A stretch of 51,026 nt of DNA, taken from a virus. Lineage: Duplodnaviria > Heunggongvirae > Uroviricota > Caudoviricetes. Shown here piece by piece: positions 8,975 through 18,059 of the stretch; position 1 is the stretch's first letter, and each line of letters starts with the position of its first letter. The stretch is taken from the IMG/VR virus record IMGVR_UViG_2671180890_000005, positions 1-51,026 of that record. One strand, given 5' to 3'. The position numbers and the translations under genes are program-made. The notes under the pieces are model-generated. The model saw only the letters and a list, made by a program, of their open reading frames with translations, was not told the origin of the DNA and made no database searches.

Positions 8975-10129
8975 TAAGCTAGCGTACCATTCCATCATTA
9001 CTTGTCGATCTTTAATATATTGCGCATGATTGTAAGTACCTCGAATAGAGTTCTTATCAACATGCGCAAGCTGCATTTCAATCCAGGCACTTTCAAACCC
9101 ATGCTCATGCAAGATGGTGCTCATGGTATGCCTGAAACCGTGACCCGTTAACCGACCGTGATAACCCAGTAGTTTTATCACTTTGTTGATGCTGGCTTCG
9201 CTCATTGGTTTACTGACGTCATTCCGGCCAGGGAAAACGAGGCTGTAATTCCCTGTTATTTCTTGCAGCTTTTTCAGGATATTGATCGCCTGAGTTGATA
9301 ACGGAACCAGATGGGGGCGGCGTTTCTTCATCCGTTCTTTGGGGATCTCCCATAAGGCATTATCTAAATCAAACTCAGCCCATTCCGCTGCACGTAGTTC
9401 AATTGTTCGCACGCCTGTTAGCATCAACAGCTGCGTGGCGTATTTGGTAACTAAACTGCCCTGATAGTTATCCAGAGCATTAACGAACTCGGGCAACTCG
9501 CTTTCAGTCAGGAACGGGAAGTGTTGGGTTTTAGGTTTGTTGAGTGCGATAGCTAAATCGGGTGCAAAATTATACTTTGCTCTACCAGTGGCAACAGCAT
9601 AACGAAGCACTTCACCACAGCGGCGGCGGATCTTACTGGTTTGCTCTAGCGCACCTCTTTTCTCTATTTTTTGCAGGACGGTTAGCAGTTCTAATGGTTC
9701 AATCTGCTCAATTGGGCGCTGGCCGATAAAAGGAAAAATATCCTTTTCCATACAATTGAGAACCTCTTTTGCATAACCCTCTGACCAGGTGGCTTTTTTC
9801 GATGAGTGCCATTCTCTGGCCACAGACTCAAAGCTGTTCTCATGCGCGAACTGCAAAGCAATCTTATCTGCTTTTCTGGCTTCACTTGGGTTTATCCCGT
9901 TGGCTAACATCGAACGCGCTTCATCACGTTTGGTACGTGCCTGTGCCAACGACACATCGCCATATACGCCAAAGGAAATCATCTTAGGCTTACCTGCAAA
10001 GCGATAGCGAAAACGCCAGCCTTTACTGCCCGCTGTGTCGATCAGGAGTGATAGCCCCATACCATCGTTAAGCGTATAGGGTTTGTCCTTCGGTTTTGCT
10101 CTTTTTATTTGGATGTCAGATAGCAGCAT
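8954..10129 (-). CDS. tyrosine integrase, P4-type (satellite-like element)
   Basis: N-terminal arm-binding pattern KRAKPKDKPYTLNDGMGLSL and C-terminal HGFRHT...LAH...Y catalytic region; ORF track starts at 10177 but MLLSDIQIK at 10129 aligns with other integrase starts. Confidence 0.9.
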   Translation of the reverse strand: MLLSDIQIKRAKPKDKPYTLNDGMGLSLLIDTAGSKGWRFRYRFAGKPKMISFGVYGDVSLAQARTKRDEARSMLANGINPSEARKADKIALQFAHENSFESVAREWHSSKKATWSEGYAKEVLNCMEKDIFPFIGQRPIEQIEPLELLTVLQKIEKRGALEQTSKIRRRCGEVLRYAVATGRAKYNFAPDLAIALNKPKTQHFPFLTESELPEFVNALDNYQGSLVTKYATQLLMLTGVRTIELRAAEWAEFDLDNALWEIPKERMKKRRPHLVPLSTQAINILKKLQEITGNYSLVFPGRNDVSKPMSEASINKVIKLLGYHGRLTGHGFRHTMSTILHEHGFESAWIEMQLAHVDKNSIRGTYNHAQYIKDRQVMMEWYASLLNTTCY

Positions 10130-10289
10130 GTGTATAGAAAAAAGATCGAACTCAGTTATACACAATGTTATACGCAAAGATGTATAGATTCCATTAGAAA
10201 TAATGGTACTTTGCTGGACGAGTATAAGGAGATGATATCAGTTAAAACAGTGAGTTATGGAATTAATTGAACTTAGTGAGAAGTGTTCA

Positions 10290-10304
10290 TGGTGTCCCCT
10301 GCAG
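10290..10304 (-). other. tRNA 3'-end remnant (att core), CTGCAGGGGACACCA on minus strand
   Basis: 15-nt string ending in ACCA; matches T-stem plus acceptor 3' strand of tRNA-Arg argW as I recall it; lies between excisionase-like gene and integrase. Confidence 0.55.
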
Positions 10305-10377
10305 ACATCTACTTGAGGCGGCAGGGGATTGATTGGAATGGTGTTTTTTAGATGTGAGAAATATTTTACCCGCTATT

Positions 10378-10578
10378 TTACCCATTGGCGCGGCTTAAGA
10401 GCTTATTTTTGAATTCACAATGGTCACGATATAACCATCTTGCTCGCCCGTGGATAACTTTGGCTTTTGGCAGGTCGCCGGACTTAATCCGGTCATAGAT
10501 GAAGGTTTTACCGAAGCCAGTATCGGCCATGATGAATTTCAAATCAACCAGTGAATCAGGTTGTAGTTCGTGTTGCAT
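10378..10578 (-). CDS. torI: excisionase (recombination directionality factor), TorI-like
   Basis: 66 aa with HTH-like FIMADTGFGKTFIYDRIKSG; size and sequence match my recollection of KplE1 TorI; sits at the prophage end opposite the IntS-like integrase. Confidence 0.6.
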   Translation of the reverse strand: MQHELQPDSLVDLKFIMADTGFGKTFIYDRIKSGDLPKAKVIHGRARWLYRDHCEFKNKLLSRANG

Positions 10579-10596
10579 GAGTGCTATCTCCGAATA

Positions 10597-10613
10597 GGGA
10601 ATCGAACCTGCAA
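10597..10613 (-). other. tRNA T-arm-like fragment (TTGCAGGTTCGATTCC on minus strand)
   Basis: 16-nt T-stem/T-loop consensus just upstream of the torI-like start; not contiguous with the 3'-end remnant at 10290. Confidence 0.4.
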
Positions 10614-10622
10614 ATCAGGCAA

Positions 10623-10644
10623 TAAAAAACCGCCATCAGGCGGC
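10623..10644 (-). terminator. rho-independent terminator at end of leftward early operon
   Basis: minus-strand hairpin CCGCC-TGAT-GGCGG followed by TTTTTT. Confidence 0.5.
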
Positions 10645-10803
10645 TTGGTGTTCTTTCAGTTCTTCAATTCGAATATTAGTTACGTCTGCATGTGCTATCT
10701 GCGCCCACAGCATCCAGTGGTCATAGCAGTCGTTGATGTTCTCTGCTTCGATAACTCTGTTGAATGGCTCTCCATTCCATTCACCTGTGACTCGGAAGTG
10801 CAT
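10636..10803 (-). CDS. small hypothetical protein (55 aa)
   Basis: unlisted minus-strand ORF MHFRVTGEWNGEPF... with GGAG 8 nt upstream of ATG; stop inside terminator hairpin. Confidence 0.35.
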   Translation of the reverse strand: MHFRVTGEWNGEPFNRVIEAENINDCYDHWMLWAQIAHADVTNIRIEELKEHQAA

Positions 10804-10875
10804 TTATCATCTCCATAAAACAAAACCCGCCGTAGCGAGTTCAGATAAAAGAAATCCCCGCGAGTGCGAGGATTA

Positions 10876-11160
10876 TCATTCATTGTCGATATTCACCTTT
10901 ATAGCGAACACCTTTACCGGTTTATCGCCGAAGTGCGGATGTGTGATTGTCTTGATTTCATATCCGTCATACGGGACGTCAATTCTGCGGCTGGAATCGT
11001 CGCGCTTCGGATATCCCTTTGTGATAATCAGGCGGTCATACTCGCGGAACATAATTCGCTTATTCCAGTAGTCATTACACAGGCGATACTCTTCCGTTTT
11101 CTCTCCGCGAATCATGGCATCGAAGTATTCACCTTTAACGGCAAGTTGCAGGTTAGCCAC
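10876..11160 (-). CDS. hypothetical protein
   Basis: 94-aa ORF in leftward operon. Confidence 0.45.
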   Translation of the reverse strand: MANLQLAVKGEYFDAMIRGEKTEEYRLCNDYWNKRIMFREYDRLIITKGYPKRDDSSRRIDVPYDGYEIKTITHPHFGDKPVKVFAIKVNIDNE

Positions 11161-11440
11161 GACCTTCCTCCTTTGGCTTGTGAATTTGTATCGTCATGCC
11201 GCTTTGAGTGGTGACTACAACGACAGAACCAGGCTGAAGACTGTTAAGATTGAATGCTTCGTAAAACGAAGCCAAGGCCAGCGCTTTTTTATTCTTTCGG
11301 TTCCACCAACGCCATCCATTGCTACAGGCTACACTGACAATCCACTGTCCACTCCTGTAAGCCATATAAAACCAGATGAGCAAAACCTGAAGGAAGGCTA
11401 TCCAGTTAATAATCGTATATTTCGCGAAGTAGTCCATCAC
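11153..11440 (-). CDS. hypothetical membrane protein
   Basis: 95 aa with hydrophobic N-terminal half (INWIAFLQVLLIWFYMAY). Confidence 0.45.
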   Translation of the reverse strand: MMDYFAKYTIINWIAFLQVLLIWFYMAYRSGQWIVSVACSNGWRWWNRKNKKALALASFYEAFNLNSLQPGSVVVVTTQSGMTIQIHKPKEEGRG

Positions 11441-12036
11441 TTCACCTCCTGCGGCGGTTCTGGTAGCGGCATCCAGTGTGTTACATTGCTAATCAGACCA
11501 TATTCATTAGTTTGAGGATGCCCGCCGCGATCGTCTCCGTATTTAAAACTTTCCATAAAACCATAATGCTTATCCCCATTAACGCTCACAAAGCCGTAAT
11601 AAGCTGGTATAACGCCGATCTCACACGTAATCAACAAAGGAAAACTAGTTCTCCAATTTAGCTCACCAATTACAGGCATTCGATCACTACAGCTTATCCA
11701 ACTATCCGGAGTTCCCGGAGAGTTGCCATTTACATCGAAGTTTGGCTCTGCGTCCTGAACCAGGAGGATGTAACCATTCTTGGCTGTATCAAGTTCTAAC
11801 GCCTCGGTGACGGTGCCGAAATAGCGATTACCTAAATCAGCATCACAAGTGCTTACATCAATGGAAACTTCCATGCCCTCGATTAATTCTGGCAACTTGT
11901 AAGTTTGGCTTATAGGCTCTGCTTCCAGCGATGCCAGTGCAATTCGTGCCAGTTCCATTTGTTCTCCACGGGTAAGTCCGTTATCAAGCGGATTTTTAAT
12001 GAATAATTCGATACGTTCTTTGGTTATAGCGCTCAT
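11437..12036 (-). CDS. hypothetical protein
   Basis: start reassigned to MSAITKER (AGGAGAG RBS, overlaps upstream stop); C-terminal WMPLPEPP motif. Confidence 0.5.
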   Translation of the reverse strand: MSAITKERIELFIKNPLDNGLTRGEQMELARIALASLEAEPISQTYKLPELIEGMEVSIDVSTCDADLGNRYFGTVTEALELDTAKNGYILLVQDAEPNFDVNGNSPGTPDSWISCSDRMPVIGELNWRTSFPLLITCEIGVIPAYYGFVSVNGDKHYGFMESFKYGDDRGGHPQTNEYGLISNVTHWMPLPEPPQEVK

Positions 12037-12037
12037 A

Positions 12038-12274
12038 TCACTCTCCTTTGATGCGAATACCAGCAGCGCGCTCGGCTTCACTTTGTTCCCAAAACCACTT
12101 GTGAAGCTCCATAAGCTTTTCGTCAATCGGTGCATATTTGCGATTAAAGTAGGCCTGAGCATATTTCTCAGATTCGTCCGGTAATTCGCCAGGGCCAAAC
12201 AGTGTGTTATAAATCCATGCCAGTCCGCTCTTAGCGTCGCCAGTTGCCTGCCATTCGATAATGGCAGCCTGCAT
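12038..12274 (-). CDS. hypothetical protein
   Basis: 78-aa ORF; stop abuts start of next gene. Confidence 0.45.
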   Translation of the reverse strand: MQAAIIEWQATGDAKSGLAWIYNTLFGPGELPDESEKYAQAYFNRKYAPIDEKLMELHKWFWEQSEAERAAGIRIKGE

Positions 12275-12364
12275 GACCAGAATGTTTTTCCCGATTAACA
12301 GGTCCAGTTCTTTGAACCGGTTGCGGATGTATGCATTCTCGCTTTGTAATTTTGCGTTGCGCTT

Positions 12365-12667
12365 CTATGCGGCTTCCAGCTCAACGCGCAGCTTCCCTAC
12401 CGTAAGCGCAATATCCTCGTTCTCCCGGTCACGGCGTTTGATGTATTGCTGGTTTCTTTCCCGTTCATCCAGCAGTGCCAGCACGGTTTCTGGTCCGGTC
12501 AGAAATTTGAAGGCGTTGAGCGCATCAATATCCACACCGTAATCTTTAAGTTCCTGTTCACTTATCAGATCATCATCAACTGGCAACATTAACAGGCGTT
12601 CCATTGCCGGAATTGCACGTTCTGCCTCCTCACGCAGCGCCAGTGTGTCGATGTCGATGTTGCTCAT
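12365..12667 (-). CDS. hypothetical protein
   Basis: start reassigned to MSNIDID with GGAGG RBS directly after upstream stop. Confidence 0.45.
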   Translation of the reverse strand: MSNIDIDTLALREEAERAIPAMERLLMLPVDDDLISEQELKDYGVDIDALNAFKFLTGPETVLALLDERERNQQYIKRRDRENEDIALTVGKLRVELEAA

Positions 12668-12897
12668 TGTGCCTCCTCGATTTCGTCCCATTCCACCCAG
12701 GCATTCTCTCCATCAGCATCGATTTCACCTTTGTGACCGCATTTGGAACAAACGGCCTCATCACCCGCCCACAAAGAATCTTTGGTTACCGACCATCCTG
12801 TTACCTTGGCTTTGCCGTGCTGGCACTTAGGGCAATCATCAAGCCATTCGACTTCGACCGTTGAAGGACCAAATCCATGTTCAGTTCGGATGCTCAT
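12664..12897 (-). CDS. hypothetical zinc-ribbon protein
   Basis: CPKCQHG...CSKCGH pattern; start MSIRTEHG overlaps upstream stop (ATGA). Confidence 0.45.
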   Translation of the reverse strand: MSIRTEHGFGPSTVEVEWLDDCPKCQHGKAKVTGWSVTKDSLWAGDEAVCSKCGHKGEIDADGENAWVEWDEIEEAQ

Positions 12898-13442
12898 GAC
12901 TGAACTCCTTTGCGAATCTGTTCCGCCCATTCTTCAAGGGATTTCTCCGCATATTCACCGGACAGGCCATCAATCGGATGCGGTTCATTAGCCAACTCTT
13001 CTTTCGCTGACAAAATCATGCGTGTAACGTCGAAAACTTCACGCAAAGACTTATTGATAAATCCGTGATTGAACGCAGCAGCAAGACGGCTTGCGGTGTA
13101 GTTAATCCCCTCGTTGCGTGCCTCCGCACGTATTTCATCCAGGAAAGCGTCGGTGGCTGTGGTTTCGATATCGTTAATTTCAGGAAGAATCTCTTCCCAT
13201 GTAGCGATATCGCCATTCAAATGCCACCCGGCAATTCCACTGGAGTTATCCGCAACACTCCGAACGGCTTCAATAGTTTCATGCATTGCCGCATTCAACG
13301 CCGCCAGCGCCGCGCACTTGGCCTCCGCTTCAGCAAATTTACGCACCAGATATTCAGCGTTTGTTTCGTTAACCTTTAAATCTCGGGGGATGCATTTACC
13401 TTTCAGGAATCCATCCATCTCAATTAGTGACATTTGTTTCAT
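12894..13442 (-). CDS. hypothetical protein
   Basis: 182-aa ORF, ATGA overlap with upstream small ORF. Confidence 0.5.
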   Translation of the reverse strand: MKQMSLIEMDGFLKGKCIPRDLKVNETNAEYLVRKFAEAEAKCAALAALNAAMHETIEAVRSVADNSSGIAGWHLNGDIATWEEILPEINDIETTATDAFLDEIRAEARNEGINYTASRLAAAFNHGFINKSLREVFDVTRMILSAKEELANEPHPIDGLSGEYAEKSLEEWAEQIRKGVQS

Positions 13443-13603
13443 TTCTTCCCACTCCGCAACATCGCATTCAGATATTTGTTTTGATTCACTGATGGAAAAG
13501 AATTTCTCTTAAGCAATTCCTCTCTCGATGGCATTGGCTTTACGCGTTGGCGAATAATCATTTCTGCCGGAAGAATGCCGGGATTGTATGCAAGTCCTCT
13601 CAT
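13439..13603 (-). CDS. small hypothetical protein (54 aa)
   Basis: unlisted ORF whose ATG overlaps the upstream stop and whose TGA overlaps the downstream ATG. Confidence 0.35.
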   Translation of the reverse strand: MRGLAYNPGILPAEMIIRQRVKPMPSREELLKRNSFPSVNQNKYLNAMLRSGKK

Positions 13604-13881
13604 GATTTACTCTCCACGAACTGGTCAACGGCCATGCTAAGTGACACACCTAAAGTCTCGATATGCTGCTGAATATCCTGTAGCGTCTGCGCCTGAGATA
13701 ACAGGATTTCACGGTTGCATAACTCTTTAACCAGATGCTCAAACTTGCTGTAATAACCGATACGGCTTAGTGTTTCTTTCCCTGCATTCTCACCTTCTTT
13801 GATAATTCCTCTTTCGCTAAGAATCAGGTCGTGTTTGGTTCCGGTAATAACGTATTTTCCAAGGTCGATGTTTAGCTTCAT
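13600..13881 (-). CDS. hypothetical protein
   Basis: 93-aa ORF in leftward operon. Confidence 0.45.
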   Translation of the reverse strand: MKLNIDLGKYVITGTKHDLILSERGIIKEGENAGKETLSRIGYYSKFEHLVKELCNREILLSQAQTLQDIQQHIETLGVSLSMAVDQFVESKS

Positions 13882-13897
13882 TGTTAATTACTCCATG

Positions 13898-14212
13898 TTA
13901 ATTTATTCGTATGCCTGCTCTTTCTTCATTGAGTTTTTTTAGCTTGTATCGCATAGCTCTTACTGAATAAATTGAGCGGCAGGTTGCAATTGCTATTTCT
14001 TCTGCGGAGAACTTACCGAAAAGTGATACTTCGGCTCTTGTCCAGCGTCTTCCACGAAGTCGGCTAACAATGTCAGCGCCAATCCTTGTTGCTTTCGCCA
14101 TAACTGCTTTTTCAGTCCTTTCCAGTTTTTCAGCAATAACTTCAACTGGCATTGTCGCCGATACTTCGCGCAAGAAATCGACTTCCCATTTCTCCCATGG
14201 AGTCTTTTTCAT
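13898..14212 (-). CDS. hypothetical protein
   Basis: 104-aa ORF, basic C-terminus. Confidence 0.45.
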   Translation of the reverse strand: MKKTPWEKWEVDFLREVSATMPVEVIAEKLERTEKAVMAKATRIGADIVSRLRGRRWTRAEVSLFGKFSAEEIAIATCRSIYSVRAMRYKLKKLNEERAGIRIN

Positions 14213-14223
14213 AGGCGATACCG

Positions 14224-14712
14224 TTATTTGATAAGAAGTGAAGGTTTCCCAACCTTGAGTTGAGCACCGGGAATATTTATTCCTGCTTTTAGTTGGTGCT
14301 TGATTGCCAGTTTGTCGGCTTTAATTGTCGTTTCAAACTCAACGTATTCAGGAGGAAGGGCGCTTGAGTCGATTATTTCTACAATTTCTGACGGTTTGCG
14401 GATTGTTACCTGGTGAATACCTGCTCGAATATTTTTCTTGCCAACCATTTCAAGCGATGACGCTATATATGATTTGATGCTGTCAATCTTATTTTGAATT
14501 ACTGCGGCTCGCTCATTCAGTGACTTTGCCTCTTCCTTGAGGCGTTCAGCATAACCAGATTCATTTTTAATGACGGAAAGAAGTTGCTCTATTTTATCGG
14601 TAAATTCTCCTTCCATGCCTTCTATTGTGTCAGCAATCATCTCTGGTTCTAAATCTGAATCCATCAATTTTGCGTATTCATTGGCAATTTCATATAGTTT
14701 GCTCACTGGCAA
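14224..14712 (-). CDS. hypothetical coiled-coil protein (possibly Gp157-like, next to RecT)
   Basis: 162 aa; position immediately downstream of recT; family assignment is a weak recollection. Confidence 0.4.
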   Translation of the reverse strand: MPVSKLYEIANEYAKLMDSDLEPEMIADTIEGMEGEFTDKIEQLLSVIKNESGYAERLKEEAKSLNERAAVIQNKIDSIKSYIASSLEMVGKKNIRAGIHQVTIRKPSEIVEIIDSSALPPEYVEFETTIKADKLAIKHQLKAGINIPGAQLKVGKPSLLIK

Positions 14713-15592
14713 CCTCCAGTTTCGCTTTGCATTCTGCGTAAATGGCTTGTACGTTCTGCTGCAATTTCATTCCAGATGTCAGGCGATATGCTTCTGCAAA
14801 ATATCGCTTCAAATCATCCATGTTTTCTGCCTGAGCCATTTCATCACAAAGAAGTTGTGCTTTATCCATTATTTCCTGCTGGCGTTTCCGTTCATCTTCG
14901 CGGATATCTTCCTCTGATTTGTGCGGCATAACTGGTTCCTGATGCATACCTTCATCTTCGTTAAGCAGGTGAATGGCATTATCCAGTCGCTGGGCTTTAG
15001 GCCAGTATTTGCTGGCGCGTTTAACTATTGTTTTACGCGCCATCTCTTCCCAGAATGTTTTCCACGGTCCATTCTTTGCCTTGCTCGTTGCTTCCACAGC
15101 TTTAATTTCTGCCAGACTCATTTCTTCAGTCAGGTAGTCACCATCTGCTGTTTTAACCGTGCAATAACCTCCAACAATAGAGCCTCGCTCACCAAATGCG
15201 TTGTATTTGTGGGTTGGTGCTGAATCAAGGCCATTTGATTCATAGATGTCGTTTGAGTACACCAGTTTGCATTGCCCCCACTTAATTGATCCTGTCGATT
15301 GCGCAAGATGAAGTAATCCCATGTAACTGATATCAAGGCACACCATGCCGTCGCGCGGAACCAGATAAGCCAGTTTGCTGGCCGGGTTTAAGGTGATGCC
15401 GATCGCCGCAACATTGATGATGGCGTTCTGTGCGCTGGTTGGATTTGCCAGTGCCGTTTTAGCCAGGTAATCGTTTTTCTGGAAATACTGAATTGCAAAC
15501 TGGCTTTCCTTAGCCCATGTCACCGTCTGTTCAGTCAATGCTCCGCAGAATAACTGCTCCTGCTGTTTAACGAATTCAACGATATTGCTCAT
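14690..15592 (-). CDS. recT: RecT-family single-strand annealing recombinase
   Basis: NGPWKTFWEEMARKTIVKRASKYWP matches RecT core (GPWVTHWEEMAKKTAIRRLFKYLP in Rac RecT). Confidence 0.8.
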   Translation of the reverse strand: MSNIVEFVKQQEQLFCGALTEQTVTWAKESQFAIQYFQKNDYLAKTALANPTSAQNAIINVAAIGITLNPASKLAYLVPRDGMVCLDISYMGLLHLAQSTGSIKWGQCKLVYSNDIYESNGLDSAPTHKYNAFGERGSIVGGYCTVKTADGDYLTEEMSLAEIKAVEATSKAKNGPWKTFWEEMARKTIVKRASKYWPKAQRLDNAIHLLNEDEGMHQEPVMPHKSEEDIREDERKRQQEIMDKAQLLCDEMAQAENMDDLKRYFAEAYRLTSGMKLQQNVQAIYAECKAKLEVASEQTI

Positions 15593-15900
15593 GCAGCTTC
15601 TCCATAAATATGTCTGCGTTTGAATATTGCGAAGGCATATTCAGCCTTAACTCTTTCGGTTATTGCATCCCAGAACCATTCAGCGGCTTTTTCCTGATAG
15701 TTACAGTCATCATCTTCCAGCCAGTCGATAGCGTCCTTAGTGTGTTCATCTGGTTTATATGAGCGAAGCATTTCGCTTATTGGGTCGCAACGTTTGCAGA
15801 GGCGATCAACTTCACTGTTGATTCGTTCGTAATCATCATCGGTAAAACTTGCGATTATTTGCGATATTTCACGCTTATCATTCAGAGTCAGAATCATCAT
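15589..15900 (-). CDS. hypothetical protein
   Basis: 103-aa acidic ORF, start overlaps a tiny upstream ORF. Confidence 0.45.
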   Translation of the reverse strand: MMILTLNDKREISQIIASFTDDDYERINSEVDRLCKRCDPISEMLRSYKPDEHTKDAIDWLEDDDCNYQEKAAEWFWDAITERVKAEYAFAIFKRRHIYGEAA

Positions 15901-15981
15901 CTTTCTCCTGTTCTTTGTGCTGATTGAGCATTTTGTTCATCTGACGAATGAATTCTTCGTCTGACCAGTTGTCTGTAAAAC

Positions 15982-16152
15982 TCATGGGCGGCCTTGTTGT
16001 TTCAAAATATCCCAAAGCTTTTCGAGCAAGCTTTTCATTCTTGGTTGTTTAAAGTCTGCTCCGGTTAAAATGTTTTTTCGTGAATGCTGTACCGATAAAA
16101 TCGGGTTGAAAGGGCGAACCGATGCCGCCCCTGCAATAGCGAACTGTTGCAT
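15982..16152 (-). CDS. cIII: CIII-like protease inhibitor
   Basis: MQQFAIAGAAS...LWDILKQQGRP resembles lambda CIII (MQYAIAGW...LIDILNQPG); start reassigned to internal Met. Confidence 0.55.
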   Translation of the reverse strand: MQQFAIAGAASVRPFNPILSVQHSRKNILTGADFKQPRMKSLLEKLWDILKQQGRP

Positions 16153-16337
16153 AGGATGCTCCTTCTGTTTGATTGCATAACGAAAACGCCTCGAGTGAAG
16201 CGTTATTGGTATGCATATAAAAAAGCCCTCACACTGGAGGGCAAAGAAGATTTCCAATAATCAGAACAAGTCGGCTCCTGTTTAGTTACGAGCGACATTG
16301 CTCCGTGTATTCACTCGTTGGAATGAATACACAGTGC

Positions 16338-16526
16338 TTATTCGTCATGCATTTCAGGTATTTCTTCGTATTCAACACCCCACATGTTTGTTACCCAGGA
16401 TAGTTTTTCGTACCGTTGACAAGATTCAGACCACATAAACTGACTTCCATGCGGGCGAGTTTCGATATCTGTTATCTCTCCCGGCCGAACAAAACTGGTA
16501 TTCGACTTCGTTATTTTTACTTTCAT
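16338..16526 (-). CDS. hypothetical protein
   Basis: 62-aa ORF. Confidence 0.4.
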   Translation of the reverse strand: MKVKITKSNTSFVRPGEITDIETRPHGSQFMWSESCQRYEKLSWVTNMWGVEYEEIPEMHDE

Positions 16527-16816
16527 TACTCATCCCCAAGAGCTTTGCTGATTGCTGACTGTGCTTTCGATACTTCATCAGGATAATGGTCATTCCAGTT
16601 TTGCTTGTATGCCTTGTTTAGCATTGCTTGCAGGGCATTTAAAAGGTCTGGTGCTGCCGCTATTAGATTGGCATCTTCAATGCATAGAACTTCCTCACAG
16701 ATTGCAATATACGAACGCCAGCCTGCGCCATTTTCAAGTGAGTCTGCCTGGATGATTTTAATCTCATCGCCATCCATCATTATTTCCCACTTACCTTCAG
16801 TACCTTTAAATTCCAT
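16526..16816 (-). CDS. hypothetical protein
   Basis: 96-aa ORF. Confidence 0.45.
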   Translation of the reverse strand: MEFKGTEGKWEIMMDGDEIKIIQADSLENGAGWRSYIAICEEVLCIEDANLIAAAPDLLNALQAMLNKAYKQNWNDHYPDEVSKAQSAISKALGDE

Positions 16817-16862
16817 GTTCGCCTCTGTTGTTTATGCCAAAAATAAAGGCCGACTATGCGGC

Positions 16863-17495
16863 CTATTTGATTGAGCGAATCGTTGTCCACGATACTGAAT
16901 GCTCAGCTGTAAGCTTGAACTTACGCTCGCATTCATAGCATGTATGCTCTTCTTCGCAGGCGTCGTATGATTCATCGGTGGATATTTCAGCCTTACACCA
17001 TGGGCAGCGAGCCTCATCTCTGCGCCAAAAATCCAGCTCATCATATTCATCGTCAGGAATAATTCTTGCCTCAGCTGCTGCTAGGCGTTCCTGATTAATT
17101 TTCTCTTGGCAATCATTGCATCGCCATCCACCACGACATCCCCAGACAGCACCCATTCCAGCTATGGTTTGTGACGTTGACGCGTGCTCTCTATCAATTC
17201 CGCAATCAACACAAACATCATGCTTTTCGCATCTGCAATACGCCCAGTCCTGAGGAGAACCATTGCAGTGATCGCAACCCTCAACCCAATGCCAAACCCC
17301 ATCAATTTCCTTTGAGTACCAGCTTTTTACTGGAGGAGTTAGCTCGAAGTCGCATTCTTGTATAAGCTTCCCGCCTTTGACTATGCGCTCACCAAAGAGC
17401 TGAGATGCTCCTGCTCTTGAGCGCTTTATTCCTGGAAAAAGGCGAAGGTCATTAATTACGCCCCTGATAATCTCTCCATCAATTCTATTGCTCAT
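16863..17495 (-). CDS. cysteine-rich (multi CxxC) hypothetical protein
   Basis: 210 aa with CDHCNG, CRCEKHDVCVDCG, CNDCQEK, CPWCK, CYECERK. Confidence 0.5.
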   Translation of the reverse strand: MSNRIDGEIIRGVINDLRLFPGIKRSRAGASQLFGERIVKGGKLIQECDFELTPPVKSWYSKEIDGVWHWVEGCDHCNGSPQDWAYCRCEKHDVCVDCGIDREHASTSQTIAGMGAVWGCRGGWRCNDCQEKINQERLAAAEARIIPDDEYDELDFWRRDEARCPWCKAEISTDESYDACEEEHTCYECERKFKLTAEHSVSWTTIRSIK

Positions 17496-17504
17496 TCCAT
17501 CACC

Positions 17505-17831
17505 TCAAATAAGTGGCTTGCTGCCTAATTTCATTTTCTGGCGACCAACACAAGTCACACCCATTTCACTGCGTGGCTTGCTGTACCATGTGCGCTGATT
17601 CTTGCGCTCAATACGTTGCAGGTTGCTTTCAATCTGTTCGTGGTATTCAGCCAGCACCGTAAGGTCTATCGGATTTAGTGCGCTTTCTACTCGTGATTTC
17701 GGTTTGCGATTCAGCGAGAGAATAGGGCGGTTAACTGGCTTTGCGCTTACCCCAACCAACAGGGGATTTGCTGCTTTCCATTGAGCCTGTTTCTCTGCGC
17801 GACGTTCGCGGCGGCGTGTTTGTGCATCCAT
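17505..17831 (-). CDS. N: antitermination protein N (lambda type)
   Basis: MDAQTRRRERRAEKQAQWKAANPLLVGVSAKPVNRPILSL... is near-identical to lambda N as I recall it. Confidence 0.85.
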   Translation of the reverse strand: MDAQTRRRERRAEKQAQWKAANPLLVGVSAKPVNRPILSLNRKPKSRVESALNPIDLTVLAEYHEQIESNLQRIERKNQRTWYSKPRSEMGVTCVGRQKMKLGSKPLI

Positions 17832-18029
17832 CTGGATTCTCCTGTCAGTTAGCTTTGGTGATTGGATGGCCGGCGCTGAACCCCGGCTTACTGGTTAGAG
17901 CGCCCGCACTACCAGTGACGCTGTCTTGAGGCGCAGATTGGTTACTGCTTGCCATGAGCGCTGTTTATACATTGGTCGAGCATCAGCCTGCTCATTCATC
18001 CAATCCCAAAGCCTTCTGCTTTGAATGCT

Positions 18030-18059
18030 GCCCTTCTTCAGGGCTTAATTTTTAAGAGC
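18030..18059 (-). promoter_or_regulatory. nutL (boxA GCTCTTAAAAATT, boxB GCCCTGAAGAAGGGC)
   Basis: read on minus strand between pL region and N. Confidence 0.6.

Noticed and set aside
8954..10177. Assigning the 8954-10177 integrase to the lambdoid prophage (lambda-like att-int-xis order)
   Set aside because: A tRNA 3'-end core lies between this integrase and the xis-like gene, and the xis-like gene resembles TorI, whose partner IntS-like integrase is at the other prophage end. The integrase is therefore assigned to the satellite-like element, though this rests on my reading of the att remnant.
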